A stretch of DNA of 64,000 nucleotides, taken from Candidatus Woesearchaeota archaeon (GTDB lineage Archaea > Nanobdellota > Nanobdellia > Woesearchaeales > GW2011-AR9). Below the pieces are notes generated by a model. It was not told the origin of the DNA. It saw nothing but the letters and a program-made list of their open reading frames with translations, and ran no database searches. The translations under genes were made by a program, and so were the position numbers. This document shows, one piece after another, positions 38,596 to 48,423 of this stretch. The stretch is from NCBI GenBank assembly GCA_016185725.1, contig JACPNA010000042.1, forward strand, positions 1,681-65,680. The letters are read 5' to 3'. How positions within the stretch are numbered: the stretch's first letter is position 1; every line of letters begins with the position of its first letter.

Positions 38596-39984
38596 CTACT
38601 CCATAAACTTTCTCATCGTCGGATTCATGTCCATCATATGTTGCTTCGCAATCTCTTCATACAACTTGTACACAATCATCACCGCTAATAATATCCCCGT
38701 TCCACGCGATAACGCCCCCGTTAAATCTGCAATCGACGCTAATAACCCTATTGCCGCCCCTCCCACGATAGTAAGTGGCCATATATATCGCTCTAAAATT
38801 CTCTCTAACACTCGTTCGTCCCTTCTAAACCCCGGAATTTGTAGACCAGAATTTAATATCTGTTTCGCTTGCGAACGCGCATCCATGCCTGACGTTTGCA
38901 CCCAGAAAATACTAAACAAAATCGCTCCTCCCACCATTAAAGAGATATAAAAAAACGCTTGACCTAACTGTGATAACGTAAAACTTCCCCTAATTACATT
39001 CTGCACGATATCCGGAGAACTTATCCAATACACAACCCCGCTTATCGGTGAATTCCCGGAAAACGTACCTAAAAGAGGATGCCCCCATTTTTCTAACAAG
39101 CGAGCAAATAGCTGTATATTCGCAATAAATGCCGCGACCAAAATAACCGGAATGTTGGAAGTATAAAAGAAATTCAATGGCCAGCGCATGCTATACCCCC
39201 TCACTCTTCCAAATGATAATGGAATTTCCACCTTCATCGCTTGACCATACACACAAATCGCAAACACAATTAACGTAGAAACAACCGCCGCGAACATTAA
39301 CGCTGCTGTTGTCACATCTCCTGATGCTAAAGATTGAAATAACGCCGGAATCGCTCCCGCCGCAATTTCCGGATTAGTTGGTGAAGGCAAAAAGTTAAAC
39401 GCCCTAATAAATATCTCTTGTGCTACCCCTGCTGCAATAAAAAGCGATATTCCCGAACCTAAACCCCACTTGGAAACAACTTCGTCCATGAACATAATTA
39501 AAATTCCGCCGAGAGTCAACTGAAATATCAACAACAATTCCATCTGCAAAAACAACGGCGTTCCTGCCAACGCCGGTGAAGGTGCTAACCCCCCCATAAA
39601 CACATAAATACACGCTTCAAAAACAACAAAAAACATCCCCAAAAATTTTTGTAATCCTTGGAATTTCTTTCTGCCTTCTGTATTCGTTAAATCAAACTTC
39701 AATATTCCTGTTCCATTCAATAACTGCAGAACAATAGAAGCAGTTACTAATGGCCCAATACCTAACGAAATAATGCTTCCAAACGACGCACCTAAAATAA
39801 TCGATAAAAACTCAAACTGCTGTAGCGCGTTTTCTCCTAACCCATATAATGGGATATGTCCCATCACAAAAAAAATCACTAAAATAATTAACGTCCATTT
39901 TAATTTTTCCTTAAACGGCAGTTTTTTCTGTAATGGACCTCGAACTTCCGGTAAATTAGAAATAATTGTATCAAATAAACCCAT
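38596..39984 (-). CDS. secY: Preprotein translocase subunit SecY
   Basis: The 462-aa, 10-TM protein sits at the end of the ribosomal operon with typical SecY sequence. Confidence 0.9.
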   Translation of the reverse strand: MGLFDTIISNLPEVRGPLQKKLPFKEKLKWTLIILVIFFVMGHIPLYGLGENALQQFEFLSIILGASFGSIISLGIGPLVTASIVLQLLNGTGILKFDLTNTEGRKKFQGLQKFLGMFFVVFEACIYVFMGGLAPSPALAGTPLFLQMELLLIFQLTLGGILIMFMDEVVSKWGLGSGISLFIAAGVAQEIFIRAFNFLPSPTNPEIAAGAIPALFQSLASGDVTTAALMFAAVVSTLIVFAICVYGQAMKVEIPLSFGRVRGYSMRWPLNFFYTSNIPVILVAAFIANIQLFARLLEKWGHPLLGTFSGNSPISGVVYWISSPDIVQNVIRGSFTLSQLGQAFFYISLMVGGAILFSIFWVQTSGMDARSQAKQILNSGLQIPGFRRDERVLERILERYIWPLTIVGGAAIGLLASIADLTGALSRGTGILLAVMIVYKLYEEIAKQHMMDMNPTMRKFME

Positions 39985-39992
39985 CTTTAAAT

Positions 39993-40454
39993 TTAACTTT
40001 CTTCCTCACCGATAACATCTGAAGAAAGCACTTCACCCCCTGCAGCCTTAACCTTTTCAGCTGCTGATGCGCTGCATCGATCCACACTTAACTTTAATTT
40101 CATTTCCACAATTCCTGTTCCTAATAACTTGCCATAACCTAATTCTCCCAAATCGATTGCAATAACATCCCCTTCTTTTACAGCCTTGCCTTGCTTTAAT
40201 AATTTCTCTATCTTATCTTTAGTGAAATAATTTAAATTAATTGCTTTAACATCCACACTGTCTCTTCTTGGTAAAAATCCTTGTGCTCCTAATTGATTGG
40301 GCATCCCTGCTTTCTTTTGTCCTGCCCTTTTACCTGTGCCTGCTCTTCCTTTTCCACCGCGGCTGCCTGCACCTCTCCGCTTCTTGCGCATACCCCCACC
40401 ATGATTACTGCTTCCTCTGTACTTCCCTACCTTCTTTTTCTTATGAACGACCAT
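39993..40454 (-). CDS. rpl15: Ribosomal protein uL15
   Basis: It has a Gly/Arg/Lys-rich N-terminus (GKGRAGTGKRAGQKKAG) and sits at the expected operon position. Confidence 0.85.
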   Translation of the reverse strand: MVVHKKKKVGKYRGSSNHGGGMRKKRRGAGSRGGKGRAGTGKRAGQKKAGMPNQLGAQGFLPRRDSVDVKAINLNYFTKDKIEKLLKQGKAVKEGDVIAIDLGELGYGKLLGTGIVEMKLKLSVDRCSASAAEKVKAAGGEVLSSDVIGEEES

Positions 40455-40455
40455 T

Positions 40456-40923
40456 TTATAACATCCTCTTGATTAAATCATTAATTTTTTCTCCCCTATA
40501 CCCTAACCCGCCCCCAACTTTAAAAGGAACTTTTATTCCTTTCCTTCCAAATCCCTTGCGTGGCGGATTTAATCGAAAATAAGGTTTGTAATCCTTTCCA
40601 TTAAAACTAAATATAGCATACTTATATTTTTTCTTAACATCTGTTTTGCGGGATAAAAATAATTCTCCTCGCTTTTCAACCAATTCTTTAACTGTAGCAT
40701 CATCAATTTCTCCCCAAGTAACGCAATCTTTAACTTTTACAACCATTCCTTTCATAGTAGGAGTATTATCAACAATAACCGCATGATTTTTTCTGAACAT
40801 ACGTAACATTGCGAGCGTATCTTTAACATCTTTGCTTAAATCAATTAATCCTCTCACTAATACCACAACTAACTTATTTCCACTTCCCGCAACAACTTTT
40901 TTTGCTTGAACTTTAGCCATCAC
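40456..40923 (-). CDS. rpl30: Ribosomal protein uL30
   Basis: The sequence is archaeal L30-like and it sits at the expected operon position. Confidence 0.8.
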   Translation of the reverse strand: MMAKVQAKKVVAGSGNKLVVVLVRGLIDLSKDVKDTLAMLRMFRKNHAVIVDNTPTMKGMVVKVKDCVTWGEIDDATVKELVEKRGELFLSRKTDVKKKYKYAIFSFNGKDYKPYFRLNPPRKGFGRKGIKVPFKVGGGLGYRGEKINDLIKRML

Positions 40924-41750
40924 TATGCCTCCCCTTTCTCCGCATTCTCACTCTTCTCAACAGTCTCTACCTTAACTTTTCCTTCAACAATTCCCAATTT
41001 ACGGACATCTTCTGGTTTAATTTTAACTTCTGATAATTTTTTAAGAGCATCTACCAGAGCATATATCAAATTTAATTTTGTACCTGTTTGTCCTTCTGTC
41101 TTGCTCCATACATCTTTAATTCCTGCTAAAGACAAAATCTTTGCGCATTCTTTTTCTACACATAAACCTTTACCTCTTGGTGCTGGCATTAATGTAATCT
41201 TTACCGAACCGCACTTACCTGTAACTGCAAACGGAACTGAATTTGCTTCTCGCGCATCGGTAGCCCAACTGCCGCATCCTCTCCTGACACGAATAATATT
41301 TAATCTTGCATCTCTCCTCGCTTTATCTCTTGCTGGCACGGTTTCTTTACTCATGCCTAAACCAACGCCAACATATCCATCCCTATTACCCACTACTGCG
41401 CAAGTCATAAACTTAATTTTATTCCCTTCTTTTGTTTTCTTTTGCGTCTGTCTAAAAATTCTTCTCTGACCACCGCCAAATTTACCCTTGGCCTGACCAA
41501 TTAATAATAAATCTTCTTCCAGATTAGAAATTAAGACATTGGCAATTTCCGGCTCAAGAATAGTATAACCATTATCAAAAATTTGATCTATATCATTGAT
41601 TATTCCCTCTTTGACTCTTCTGCCTAAATCAGTAATAGGTTTCCATTGCGCTTCCCTTTCAGGAATATCTTCTATTCCCACCTCGCTTCCTGACTTGATT
41701 ATTTCAACTTCTTTCTTGAACGATTTTTTTGCGACTTTTTCTTTTGCCAT
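40923..41750 (-). CDS. rps5: Ribosomal protein uS5 (with Lys/Glu-rich C-terminal extension)
   Basis: It has S5 dsRBD and C-terminal domains and sits at the expected operon position. Confidence 0.8.
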   Translation of the reverse strand: MAKEKVAKKSFKKEVEIIKSGSEVGIEDIPEREAQWKPITDLGRRVKEGIINDIDQIFDNGYTILEPEIANVLISNLEEDLLLIGQAKGKFGGGQRRIFRQTQKKTKEGNKIKFMTCAVVGNRDGYVGVGLGMSKETVPARDKARRDARLNIIRVRRGCGSWATDAREANSVPFAVTGKCGSVKITLMPAPRGKGLCVEKECAKILSLAGIKDVWSKTEGQTGTKLNLIYALVDALKKLSEVKIKPEDVRKLGIVEGKVKVETVEKSENAEKGEA

Positions 41751-41774
41751 ATTTGATTATTACCTTTTTTTTGA

Positions 41775-42368
41775 TTATTTAACTTTCTCTTGCGCCAATT
41801 TTTGTTTTACTTGCTCAAATATTGCTTCGATTGATTCTGGCACAGCTTTATTTTTTAAATACTCTGCAAATCTTAGATTATACCCCTCTTTCCCCTTTAA
41901 ACTCTTGGCATAATCAGCCACATGCTTTCCGCTGATTCTTGCTTTATCGGGAAAAACTTCTTTATCATCACCATGCGGCACATTTAAACCGCCATCCAAT
42001 GCACCTAATAAAAATGCATAAACTTTTCCTTTGGCAATTGGAGTTTTAAACCCCGCATCTAAAATGGCTTCTTTAACACCTTTAGATAGCGCTTTTTTAG
42101 CCGCTAACACCCCCGTCAGATAAGCTGCCGGAAAATTTTTAAGAGAAAAATTCCACCCATACTTTCTTAACCCATAAGAATCTACTCCCGCTAAAATTTT
42201 ATCCCCTTTGCTTTCAAATACAATTAACTGTGCAATTACCCTTGAATTTGTAAATCTAACCGTTAACCTTGGCTTGCGCGCAAATAATAACCTCAGCCTT
42301 TTCTTATAATTAGTCTTTAACTCGCGCTTTCTTCGAAACGGAACCGTTTTTGGTTTAAGTGATTTCAT
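41775..42368 (-). CDS. rpl18: Ribosomal protein uL18
   Basis: It belongs to the L18P/L5e family and sits at the expected operon position. Confidence 0.8.
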   Translation of the reverse strand: MKSLKPKTVPFRRKRELKTNYKKRLRLLFARKPRLTVRFTNSRVIAQLIVFESKGDKILAGVDSYGLRKYGWNFSLKNFPAAYLTGVLAAKKALSKGVKEAILDAGFKTPIAKGKVYAFLLGALDGGLNVPHGDDKEVFPDKARISGKHVADYAKSLKGKEGYNLRFAEYLKNKAVPESIEAIFEQVKQKLAQEKVK

Positions 42369-42383
42369 TTTTTATTATTAACC

Positions 42384-42860
42384 TTATTTTTTGTTTTCTT
42401 TATTTTCTCTTTGTTCTTTCTGATCAAACATTTGATGCTCATTCAAAAACATTTTAACGTGGCGTACATTTCTGAAATAACCGCCCCTGCACATGGCATA
42501 TATTTTATGATAGTTTGCTGATGATAATAATTCTTTGTCTTTTAGCTCCTTAATAAATTCACGTTGAGCTCTAATTCTTGTCATCCACTGTTCTTTTCTT
42601 GGAACTATTGCATACTTTGAACCTTTCTTGCTGCCTCTATTCTTCCTTCTTCCCTTGCGCTTTTGTTTCAACAGCTTTCTTGCTCTTCCTCTTGACTGTT
42701 CATTTTCACCGCTCTTGTAAATTTTTCCTACGGCAATTAAACCGCGGATATCTGATCGAGTGATAGCTTTCTCAATATCAACCAATGCTCCTTCTTCAAA
42801 TCTTACTTTGCTTGGCGAAATCTTCAAAATCTTCCCCGCTAATTTTTTTTTACTGTTCAT
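42384..42860 (-). CDS. rpl19e: Ribosomal protein eL19
   Basis: The sequence is L19e-like (KRKGRRKNRGSKKG). Confidence 0.8.
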   Translation of the reverse strand: MNSKKKLAGKILKISPSKVRFEEGALVDIEKAITRSDIRGLIAVGKIYKSGENEQSRGRARKLLKQKRKGRRKNRGSKKGSKYAIVPRKEQWMTRIRAQREFIKELKDKELLSSANYHKIYAMCRGGYFRNVRHVKMFLNEHQMFDQKEQRENKENKK

Positions 42861-42885
42861 TTGTTGTCGCCTTGATTTTTTGATT

Positions 42886-43536
42886 TTAAACTTGTTTTTT
42901 GATTAATACCTTCTCCTTAACTTCTTTTTCTTCCTTATTTTCTTTATTTTCTTTATCTTGTGCTGCTGCCTCTGCCCCTTCTATAGCGCCTTCTTTTTGA
43001 GCTTTTTCTTTAGCTTTTTCTTCCTCTTCTTTTTTCTTTTTCTCTTCTGCTCTCTTCATCTTTTCTTCTTCTTTTTTGTTCTTTAATTTTGTTTTTTCAT
43101 CTTTCAACTTTTTACGGACATTGAACTTATGTTGTAATTTTATGCTCATTTCCCCTAAATCTCTTACATTAAGAACACGAATCTTTCTTTCTTGGGCTGC
43201 TTTCAATATCAATAACTTTTTCTTCATTCCTACATCAGAAGCAATAATCGCTCCTTGTCCTTTTGGATTTAATGATAATAATTGTTTGTCATTATAAACA
43301 ATAACTTTTTCTAGACCAGATGAATGTAAACCCCTCACTTCTTTGGGCGAACTATACCCTACCCTTGGCAAAACCGGCCTTCCCAAATTCCTTTGACGTA
43401 CTGCTGAATGTAACCCCCTAGGATAACGCCATTTTTCTTCTACTCTTGCCTTATAATTAGATTCTTTAATTACAAACCTGGGCTTCTTCCTCTTTGCTTT
43501 AGCTCGTAATTCTAATAATCGTTTAATATCCTTCAT
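42886..43536 (-). CDS. rpl32e: Ribosomal protein eL32 with ~80-aa Lys/Glu-rich C-terminal tail
   Basis: It has an L32e core (RYPRGLHSAVRQRNLGRP...) plus a low-complexity KE-rich extension. Confidence 0.8.
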   Translation of the reverse strand: MKDIKRLLELRAKAKRKKPRFVIKESNYKARVEEKWRYPRGLHSAVRQRNLGRPVLPRVGYSSPKEVRGLHSSGLEKVIVYNDKQLLSLNPKGQGAIIASDVGMKKKLLILKAAQERKIRVLNVRDLGEMSIKLQHKFNVRKKLKDEKTKLKNKKEEEKMKRAEEKKKKEEEEKAKEKAQKEGAIEGAEAAAQDKENKENKEEKEVKEKVLIKKQV

Positions 43537-43541
43537 TGTAA

Positions 43542-44087
43542 TTAAATCTCCGTCTTGCCTGCTTTCTTAGTAATATAACATCCATCCTGAAAAATTCTTC
43601 TATCCCTGTTGGTTATCCTGCACATATTTTCAACACGCGAAGCCATTAATCCTGCCTTTTCTTTATCCGCACTAGTGATTATAACTTCCACGCCATTGAC
43701 TTTAACATCAACCCCTTTTATTATTTCAACTTTTCTAGGAACTGCTTCTCCTAAAAAATTCTTTATTACAAATTCTTGACCGCTAACCGTAACTGTCATT
43801 GGGAAATGACCAGAACAAACTTTCAAAAGATAAACATGTGGTTCTATAACCCCTTTAACCATATTAACAATATGTGCTTCGAAAGAACCAATCATTGTTT
43901 TTTCCCTTTTAGTTGCTTTAAGCGCTTCCAAAATAATCTTCTCCCCTTCCACTTTAATTTTAAGACGTGGATGTGCAAACATTCTTTCTACCTCTCCTTT
44001 GGGACCTTTTACCTTCAAAACATTATGTACATAAGTACTTATAACTCCTTTCTCCAATACAATTTCCCGTTTTAAGTTTTCTTTCAT
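43542..44087 (-). CDS. rpl6: Ribosomal protein uL6
   Basis: It has a two-domain L6 sequence and sits at the expected operon position. Confidence 0.8.
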   Translation of the reverse strand: MKENLKREIVLEKGVISTYVHNVLKVKGPKGEVERMFAHPRLKIKVEGEKIILEALKATKREKTMIGSFEAHIVNMVKGVIEPHVYLLKVCSGHFPMTVTVSGQEFVIKNFLGEAVPRKVEIIKGVDVKVNGVEVIITSADKEKAGLMASRVENMCRITNRDRRIFQDGCYITKKAGKTEI

Positions 44088-44097
44088 CTTAATGAAT

Positions 44098-44487
44098 TTA
44101 ATAGCAAAATGCTAACAACTTTCCCCCCATGCCTTTTTCCTTGGCTTCGATATGGGTCATAATTCCTTGTGGTGTTGAAACAATTATTACCCCAAAATCC
44201 TTAGCGGGCAAATAACGTTTCTCCCATTTCTCATAATTATCTTTTTTAGTGGAAAATCTCGGCTTAATCACACCACATCTGTTAATGTTCCCTAACAAAT
44301 TTAATTTAATAATTCCTCCCTTACCATCTTCAACTAATTCAAATGTTCCCAAATAACTGTGTTCATTCATAATTCCTAAAATCTTCTTCAAAATAGCTGA
44401 CGCTGGTTTAATCAGGACTTCCCGCTTTCCTACTTTCTCAGCATTCACTATCTTGGATAATGCTGCTGCCAACGGATCATTTAACAT
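44098..44487 (-). CDS. rps8: Ribosomal protein uS8
   Basis: The sequence is S8-like (MLNDPLAAALSKIVNAEKVGK). Confidence 0.85.
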   Translation of the reverse strand: MLNDPLAAALSKIVNAEKVGKREVLIKPASAILKKILGIMNEHSYLGTFELVEDGKGGIIKLNLLGNINRCGVIKPRFSTKKDNYEKWEKRYLPAKDFGVIIVSTPQGIMTHIEAKEKGMGGKLLAFCY

Positions 44488-44540
44488 TTTTTATTTTTAC
44501 CTCTTCAATTAATCATTAATATTTTAATTTTGATTTTTAT

Positions 44541-44771
44541 TTAGCTGAATTTTTTAAACCCTAACCCCACCGCCATTTCCCTAAAGCAATGACGACACAA
44601 ATTTAAACCATATTTATCTATGTGTCCCCCCATTCTTCCGCAGTTTCGGCATTTTTTTAGTGCCGCTCCGCATGACCTCTTCTTCGGTTGATTAAATTTG
44701 ATATATTTAGCCTTCTTGATCGGCTTCGCATTTAACTGCGTGAACATTTTTTTATAATCGCTCGTTGTCAT
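44541..44771 (-). CDS. rps14: Ribosomal protein uS14 (zinc-ribbon type)
   Basis: It contains CRNCGRMGGHIDKYGLNLCRHCFRE. Confidence 0.8.
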   Translation of the reverse strand: MTTSDYKKMFTQLNAKPIKKAKYIKFNQPKKRSCGAALKKCRNCGRMGGHIDKYGLNLCRHCFREMAVGLGFKKFS

Positions 44772-44797
44772 TTTTTATATTCAATAATTCAATTTAA

Positions 44798-45343
44798 CTA
44801 TTGAACCTCCACGCCTAATTTTTTTATGAACGCCATCGCTTCTTGTTTAGTAATTTGTTGTTTTTTACCTATGCTTGTTTGCTTAATCCTTCTTTTTTTT
44901 ACCCTATACCCAAATCTCTCTAAAGTAACTGCAACTTCTAAACCCATAATTTTTAATTCCGGATCATATTTTACTCCTTCAATATCAATATACTCCGGAA
45001 TACCAAAAGACAAATTACCACTATTATCAAAATTACTTACCTTTAATTTATTTTCTTTGGCTGCTAACAAACGCTTCAGCAGCTTTTCTGCATCTTTCCT
45101 TACTGTAACTTTACAGCCGATAGCTAATCCCGGACGTAAACCCCACCCTGGAATTCTGCGTTTAGTAGTGGTTTTAACGGGAGTGCAGCCCAGTGCTAAT
45201 ATTCCTAACAACTTTAATCCTCTCTTCATTAAATCTTCACTTTTGCCTGCACCCACATTTAAAGTAACTTTCGCTATCTTAATTTCACGCATAGGATTCT
45301 CTTTTCCTGATACATTCTCTTTTCCGGATTTTAGTATTGTCAT
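44798..45343 (-). CDS. rpl5: Ribosomal protein uL5
   Basis: The sequence is L5-like and it sits at the expected operon position. Confidence 0.8.
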   Translation of the reverse strand: MTILKSGKENVSGKENPMREIKIAKVTLNVGAGKSEDLMKRGLKLLGILALGCTPVKTTTKRRIPGWGLRPGLAIGCKVTVRKDAEKLLKRLLAAKENKLKVSNFDNSGNLSFGIPEYIDIEGVKYDPELKIMGLEVAVTLERFGYRVKKRRIKQTSIGKKQQITKQEAMAFIKKLGVEVQ

Positions 45344-45378
45344 TTTTTTTATTTTGAAGATATTGATTCTTTTCTGGA

Positions 45379-46065
45379 TTATTTTTTTAATTGTATAACT
45401 GGCTCTTTTTCACCAACTACAAATAAATATGCTTTAGCTGTCTCGACCTCTTTACCATCAGTAACATAAACTGCTTGATCCCCTTTTATTTGTTTGAGTA
45501 TGCCCACATCACCGCAATGTTTGCCTTTTGTTAAAAAAACGGTCATCCCTGCTTTCAAAGGCAGAACTTTCGTAACCTCTGATTTTGGAAGAGATAATAC
45601 TACACTATCTCCTACCTTGATTTTTTCTGTACTTAAGAAGTTCTTGCCATCATAAAGATTATACTGTACTTTTCCTTTAGGTAATATTCTTTTGCCGATA
45701 ACTTTACCAACCTTAACCTTGCTTTCTGCAGCATTGATCTCCCTTAATGTTAAAAATCCATTTTCGTCGATAAACATCCTATAGTGCTTATTCAAATCAC
45801 CGATTGTTAACACATCAAATAAACCCACATTAAATCGATGGTCTTTTTTTCTTCTTCCATCAACTAATATATTTTTGTTATTCAAAATTTTACGTACTTC
45901 ACCCATAATTGCTCCTAATCTTAATGTATCTCTCATTAAGACGCCTAAAGGCAAACCCATCTCTTTAGCATGCGCTCCCGGACTGGGCTTCACTGTAAAT
46001 ATAAACTGTTTTCTATCAATTCTCCACGTTCGTGGTGATGCAATTCTTTTCAAGTGGCTTGTCAT
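45379..46065 (-). CDS. rps4e: Ribosomal protein eS4
   Basis: The S4e N-terminus is MTSHLKRIASPRTWRI. Confidence 0.85.
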   Translation of the reverse strand: MTSHLKRIASPRTWRIDRKQFIFTVKPSPGAHAKEMGLPLGVLMRDTLRLGAIMGEVRKILNNKNILVDGRRKKDHRFNVGLFDVLTIGDLNKHYRMFIDENGFLTLREINAAESKVKVGKVIGKRILPKGKVQYNLYDGKNFLSTEKIKVGDSVVLSLPKSEVTKVLPLKAGMTVFLTKGKHCGDVGILKQIKGDQAVYVTDGKEVETAKAYLFVVGEKEPVIQLKK

Positions 46066-46093
46066 TTTATTTTAACCTTTCATTATCTAAACT

Positions 46094-46612
46094 TTAATTT
46101 TTTATTATGCTTTTCTTAACGAAAATTTTCCCTTCATCCTTCATTACTTTCTTTCCCATATTTTTATCGCTGCCTGCGGAAACAACTTTTTTCGCCGCTT
46201 TGTCTTCCTTCTTATTAACACTCTTATGGATATTCTCTAACTTTTCCTTTCTATATTTATCCCCGCTCAGCTCTAAATCAACAATAACTAAATTTGAAGG
46301 GTGAAATGGAAGTTGTACTTTTGAACCGCTTTTCTTAATCATTTCTAACCCTACAATATACACTCTTTCTCGTTTTAGATTAATATGATCGACTTTACCC
46401 TCTTTCTTATTATACTGTCCGCGCGTAACTTTAACTTTGTCTCCCTTCCGTAATTGTATCGCTCTTGTACCATGCTTGGCTCTTAATTCTTTAGACAAAT
46501 GAACATGCATAAACTTTTGTTTTATATGTAAAGGAGCATTAAATCTGTATTTTCTTTGCTTTCTGGCTTGTGCACTTTGTTTCCAATTTTTTGAAAACTT
46601 TCTTTTTGTCAT
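46094..46612 (-). CDS. rpl24: Ribosomal protein uL24 (KOW) with K-rich C-terminal extension
   Basis: It has a KOW motif (KGDKVKVTRGQYNKKEGKV). Confidence 0.8.
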   Translation of the reverse strand: MTKRKFSKNWKQSAQARKQRKYRFNAPLHIKQKFMHVHLSKELRAKHGTRAIQLRKGDKVKVTRGQYNKKEGKVDHINLKRERVYIVGLEMIKKSGSKVQLPFHPSNLVIVDLELSGDKYRKEKLENIHKSVNKKEDKAAKKVVSAGSDKNMGKKVMKDEGKIFVKKSIIKN

Positions 46613-46651
46613 TTTTTTAACACTCCATTTATAATATTAATTTTACATTAT

Positions 46652-47053
46652 TTATACAATTATGCTTGCCACCTTTGCCACCGCTGGCCATCTTTCTGCT
46701 ACTTCCTTGGCAATAGGACCTTTGAAAATTGTTCCTTTAGGATTGCCCTTTTCATCTTTTAATACAACTGCCGCATTATCTTCAAATTTTATTCTTGTTC
46801 CATCTGGCCTCCTATACTCTTTTCTTTGGCGCACGATTATTGCTGGAACGACTGTTTTTCTCATTTCTAATTTCCCTTTTTTAACTGCCGTCATTACTAA
46901 ATCGCCAACTCCTGCTGCCGGAACTCTGCCCCTGACCGTCTTATGACCTATAACCGCAATAATCTTTAACACCTTAGCTCCAGAATTATCACATGTATCC
47001 ACACGTGCTTCTAACGGTAAAGCTCTAGGAATACTGCTTTTTAATGCTTTCAT
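46652..47053 (-). CDS. rpl14: Ribosomal protein uL14
   Basis: The sequence is L14-like and it sits at the expected operon position. Confidence 0.85.
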   Translation of the reverse strand: MKALKSSIPRALPLEARVDTCDNSGAKVLKIIAVIGHKTVRGRVPAAGVGDLVMTAVKKGKLEMRKTVVPAIIVRQRKEYRRPDGTRIKFEDNAAVVLKDEKGNPKGTIFKGPIAKEVAERWPAVAKVASIIV

Positions 47054-47496
47054 TGTTTCACCGCGTGAACGTTTTTATAATCTTTTGTCTCTGCGCTTTC
47101 TTTATGTTTGCGTGCATGCATTTTTTCTTTTTCTAATCTCTCTGCTGCTTCTTTCACTAGACTTAACTGATCAACATCACCTAATAATTGGATTATAACA
47201 TGGTGCTTCATTTTGCTTAATGGTCTCGTCTTTGCTGCTAATACTTGCTGACCAATCTTCGCATTAAGACAGCCCGGATTATGTACTCTCATCCTTGAAC
47301 GCTTCAATTCATAACGCTCATATTTTGGAACATAAACTGATCTAGACCATTCTATCGTTGCCGTTCTATTAATGTCTTTTTTCACTATTTTTCCTCTATA
47401 AATTTCGTTCTTTACACTAATATCTCCATGGAAGGGGCATTTTTTATCTGTACACTCTATTTTTGGCGCCTTGACGCCCAATACTTCATTTTTCAT
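47050..47496 (-). CDS. rps17: Ribosomal protein uS17 (with C-terminal extension)
   Basis: It has an S17 OB-fold (GKIVKKDINRTATIEW...). Confidence 0.8.
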   Translation of the reverse strand: MKNEVLGVKAPKIECTDKKCPFHGDISVKNEIYRGKIVKKDINRTATIEWSRSVYVPKYERYELKRSRMRVHNPGCLNAKIGQQVLAAKTRPLSKMKHHVIIQLLGDVDQLSLVKEAAERLEKEKMHARKHKESAETKDYKNVHAVKQ

Positions 47497-47598
47497 CTTA
47501 GTTTAATCCTCAACTTTAATTAATTTTAATTATTTCTATCCTAAGCTGTCTCGCTCTCCTATCACTCCCACCTATCCAACATTTTCCCGTATCAAAAT

Positions 47599-47847
47599 TT
47601 AACCTTTGATACGTTCTTCGGGACGCCTATTTATCTCCTTCCCGGAAATGATTGTCCCCTTTGGTGATAGTTTGAATGTGATATTATTCTTTAGTAAACG
47701 TTTCATTTTACCATCCTGCTCTATAACCAACGTTGATTTTGTTTCATCAACAACTTTACCGCAAATTCCTTGATTGAATTTATTTGTTGATTCTACAATG
47801 CATATTTCCTTGCCGATTAACTCAAAAGGGAATATCTTTATCTTCAT
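47599..47847 (-). CDS. rnp1: RNase P protein component 1 (Rpp29/Pop4)
   Basis: It contains ELIGKEICIVESTNKFNQGICGKVVDETKSTLVIEQDGK, an Rpp29 Sm-like fold. It sits in the conserved position between S17 and SUI1. Confidence 0.7.
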   Translation of the reverse strand: MKIKIFPFELIGKEICIVESTNKFNQGICGKVVDETKSTLVIEQDGKMKRLLKNNITFKLSPKGTIISGKEINRRPEERIKG

Positions 47848-47879
47848 TTGATCTCACCAAAATGTTTCCGTTTTGATGT

Positions 47880-48209
47880 CTAATCCCCCCCGCTAAATGT
47901 CAAATCCTCAAATACTATCATTTCCTCAGGGAAACCTAATTCTGCTAATGCCTTCTTTGCTTTTAGTTTATGATCACCCTGTAGTTCAATCACGCCATTT
48001 TTAGCCGTGCCACCGCAGGCAAATTTTGATTTTAATTTTCTGAATATTTCTTCCAAATTTGCATCCTTAGCCATCCCATCAATCACCGTATACTTCTTTC
48101 CGAACTTCCTCTTTTCGATTTTAACCACGATTTTTTGTTGTTCACGTGCTATAGTCTCGCAAACACACAAATCTTGTGGTAGACCGCACTGATTGCAAAC
48201 GCCAACCAT
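47880..48209 (-). CDS. Translation initiation factor SUI1 (aSUI1/eIF1)
   Basis: It contains FACGGTAKNGVIELQGDHKLKAKKALAELGF (SUI1 domain). Confidence 0.8.
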   Translation of the reverse strand: MVGVCNQCGLPQDLCVCETIAREQQKIVVKIEKRKFGKKYTVIDGMAKDANLEEIFRKLKSKFACGGTAKNGVIELQGDHKLKAKKALAELGFPEEMIVFEDLTFSGGD

Positions 48210-48212
48210 ATT

Positions 48213-48416
48213 TTACTCCTGCTTAACCTCCTTTTTGTTCAATAACGTTAACGCCCTGGCAATATTTTTCTTTATTTGTTTCAACTTGCCTGGATTTTGT
48301 ACATTAGCCCCACTTGCTACTTGACTATTTAATTTTAATAATTCTTTTTTGAATTCTGCCAATCTCTCTCTCAACTGTTCTTCCGACAGACTTGTGAATG
48401 CGCTTATTCTTTTCAT
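48213..48416 (-). CDS. rpl29: Ribosomal protein uL29
   Basis: It is a short coiled-coil protein at the conserved operon position. Confidence 0.8.
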   Translation of the reverse strand: MKRISAFTSLSEEQLRERLAEFKKELLKLNSQVASGANVQNPGKLKQIKKNIARALTLLNKKEVKQE

Positions 48417-48423
48417 TGCTTAT

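Noticed and set aside
40906-41469. 187-aa plus-strand ORF
   Set aside because: It is antisense to the highly conserved uS5 gene. There is no independent support.
42925-42965. Short tandem TTCTTTATTT repeats
   Set aside because: This is a consequence of repetitive Lys/Glu codons in the eL32 C-terminal tail, not an independent repeat element.
44826-45398. 190-aa plus-strand ORF
   Set aside because: It is antisense to uL5. It is hydrophobic low-complexity sequence typical of shadow ORFs in AT-rich DNA.
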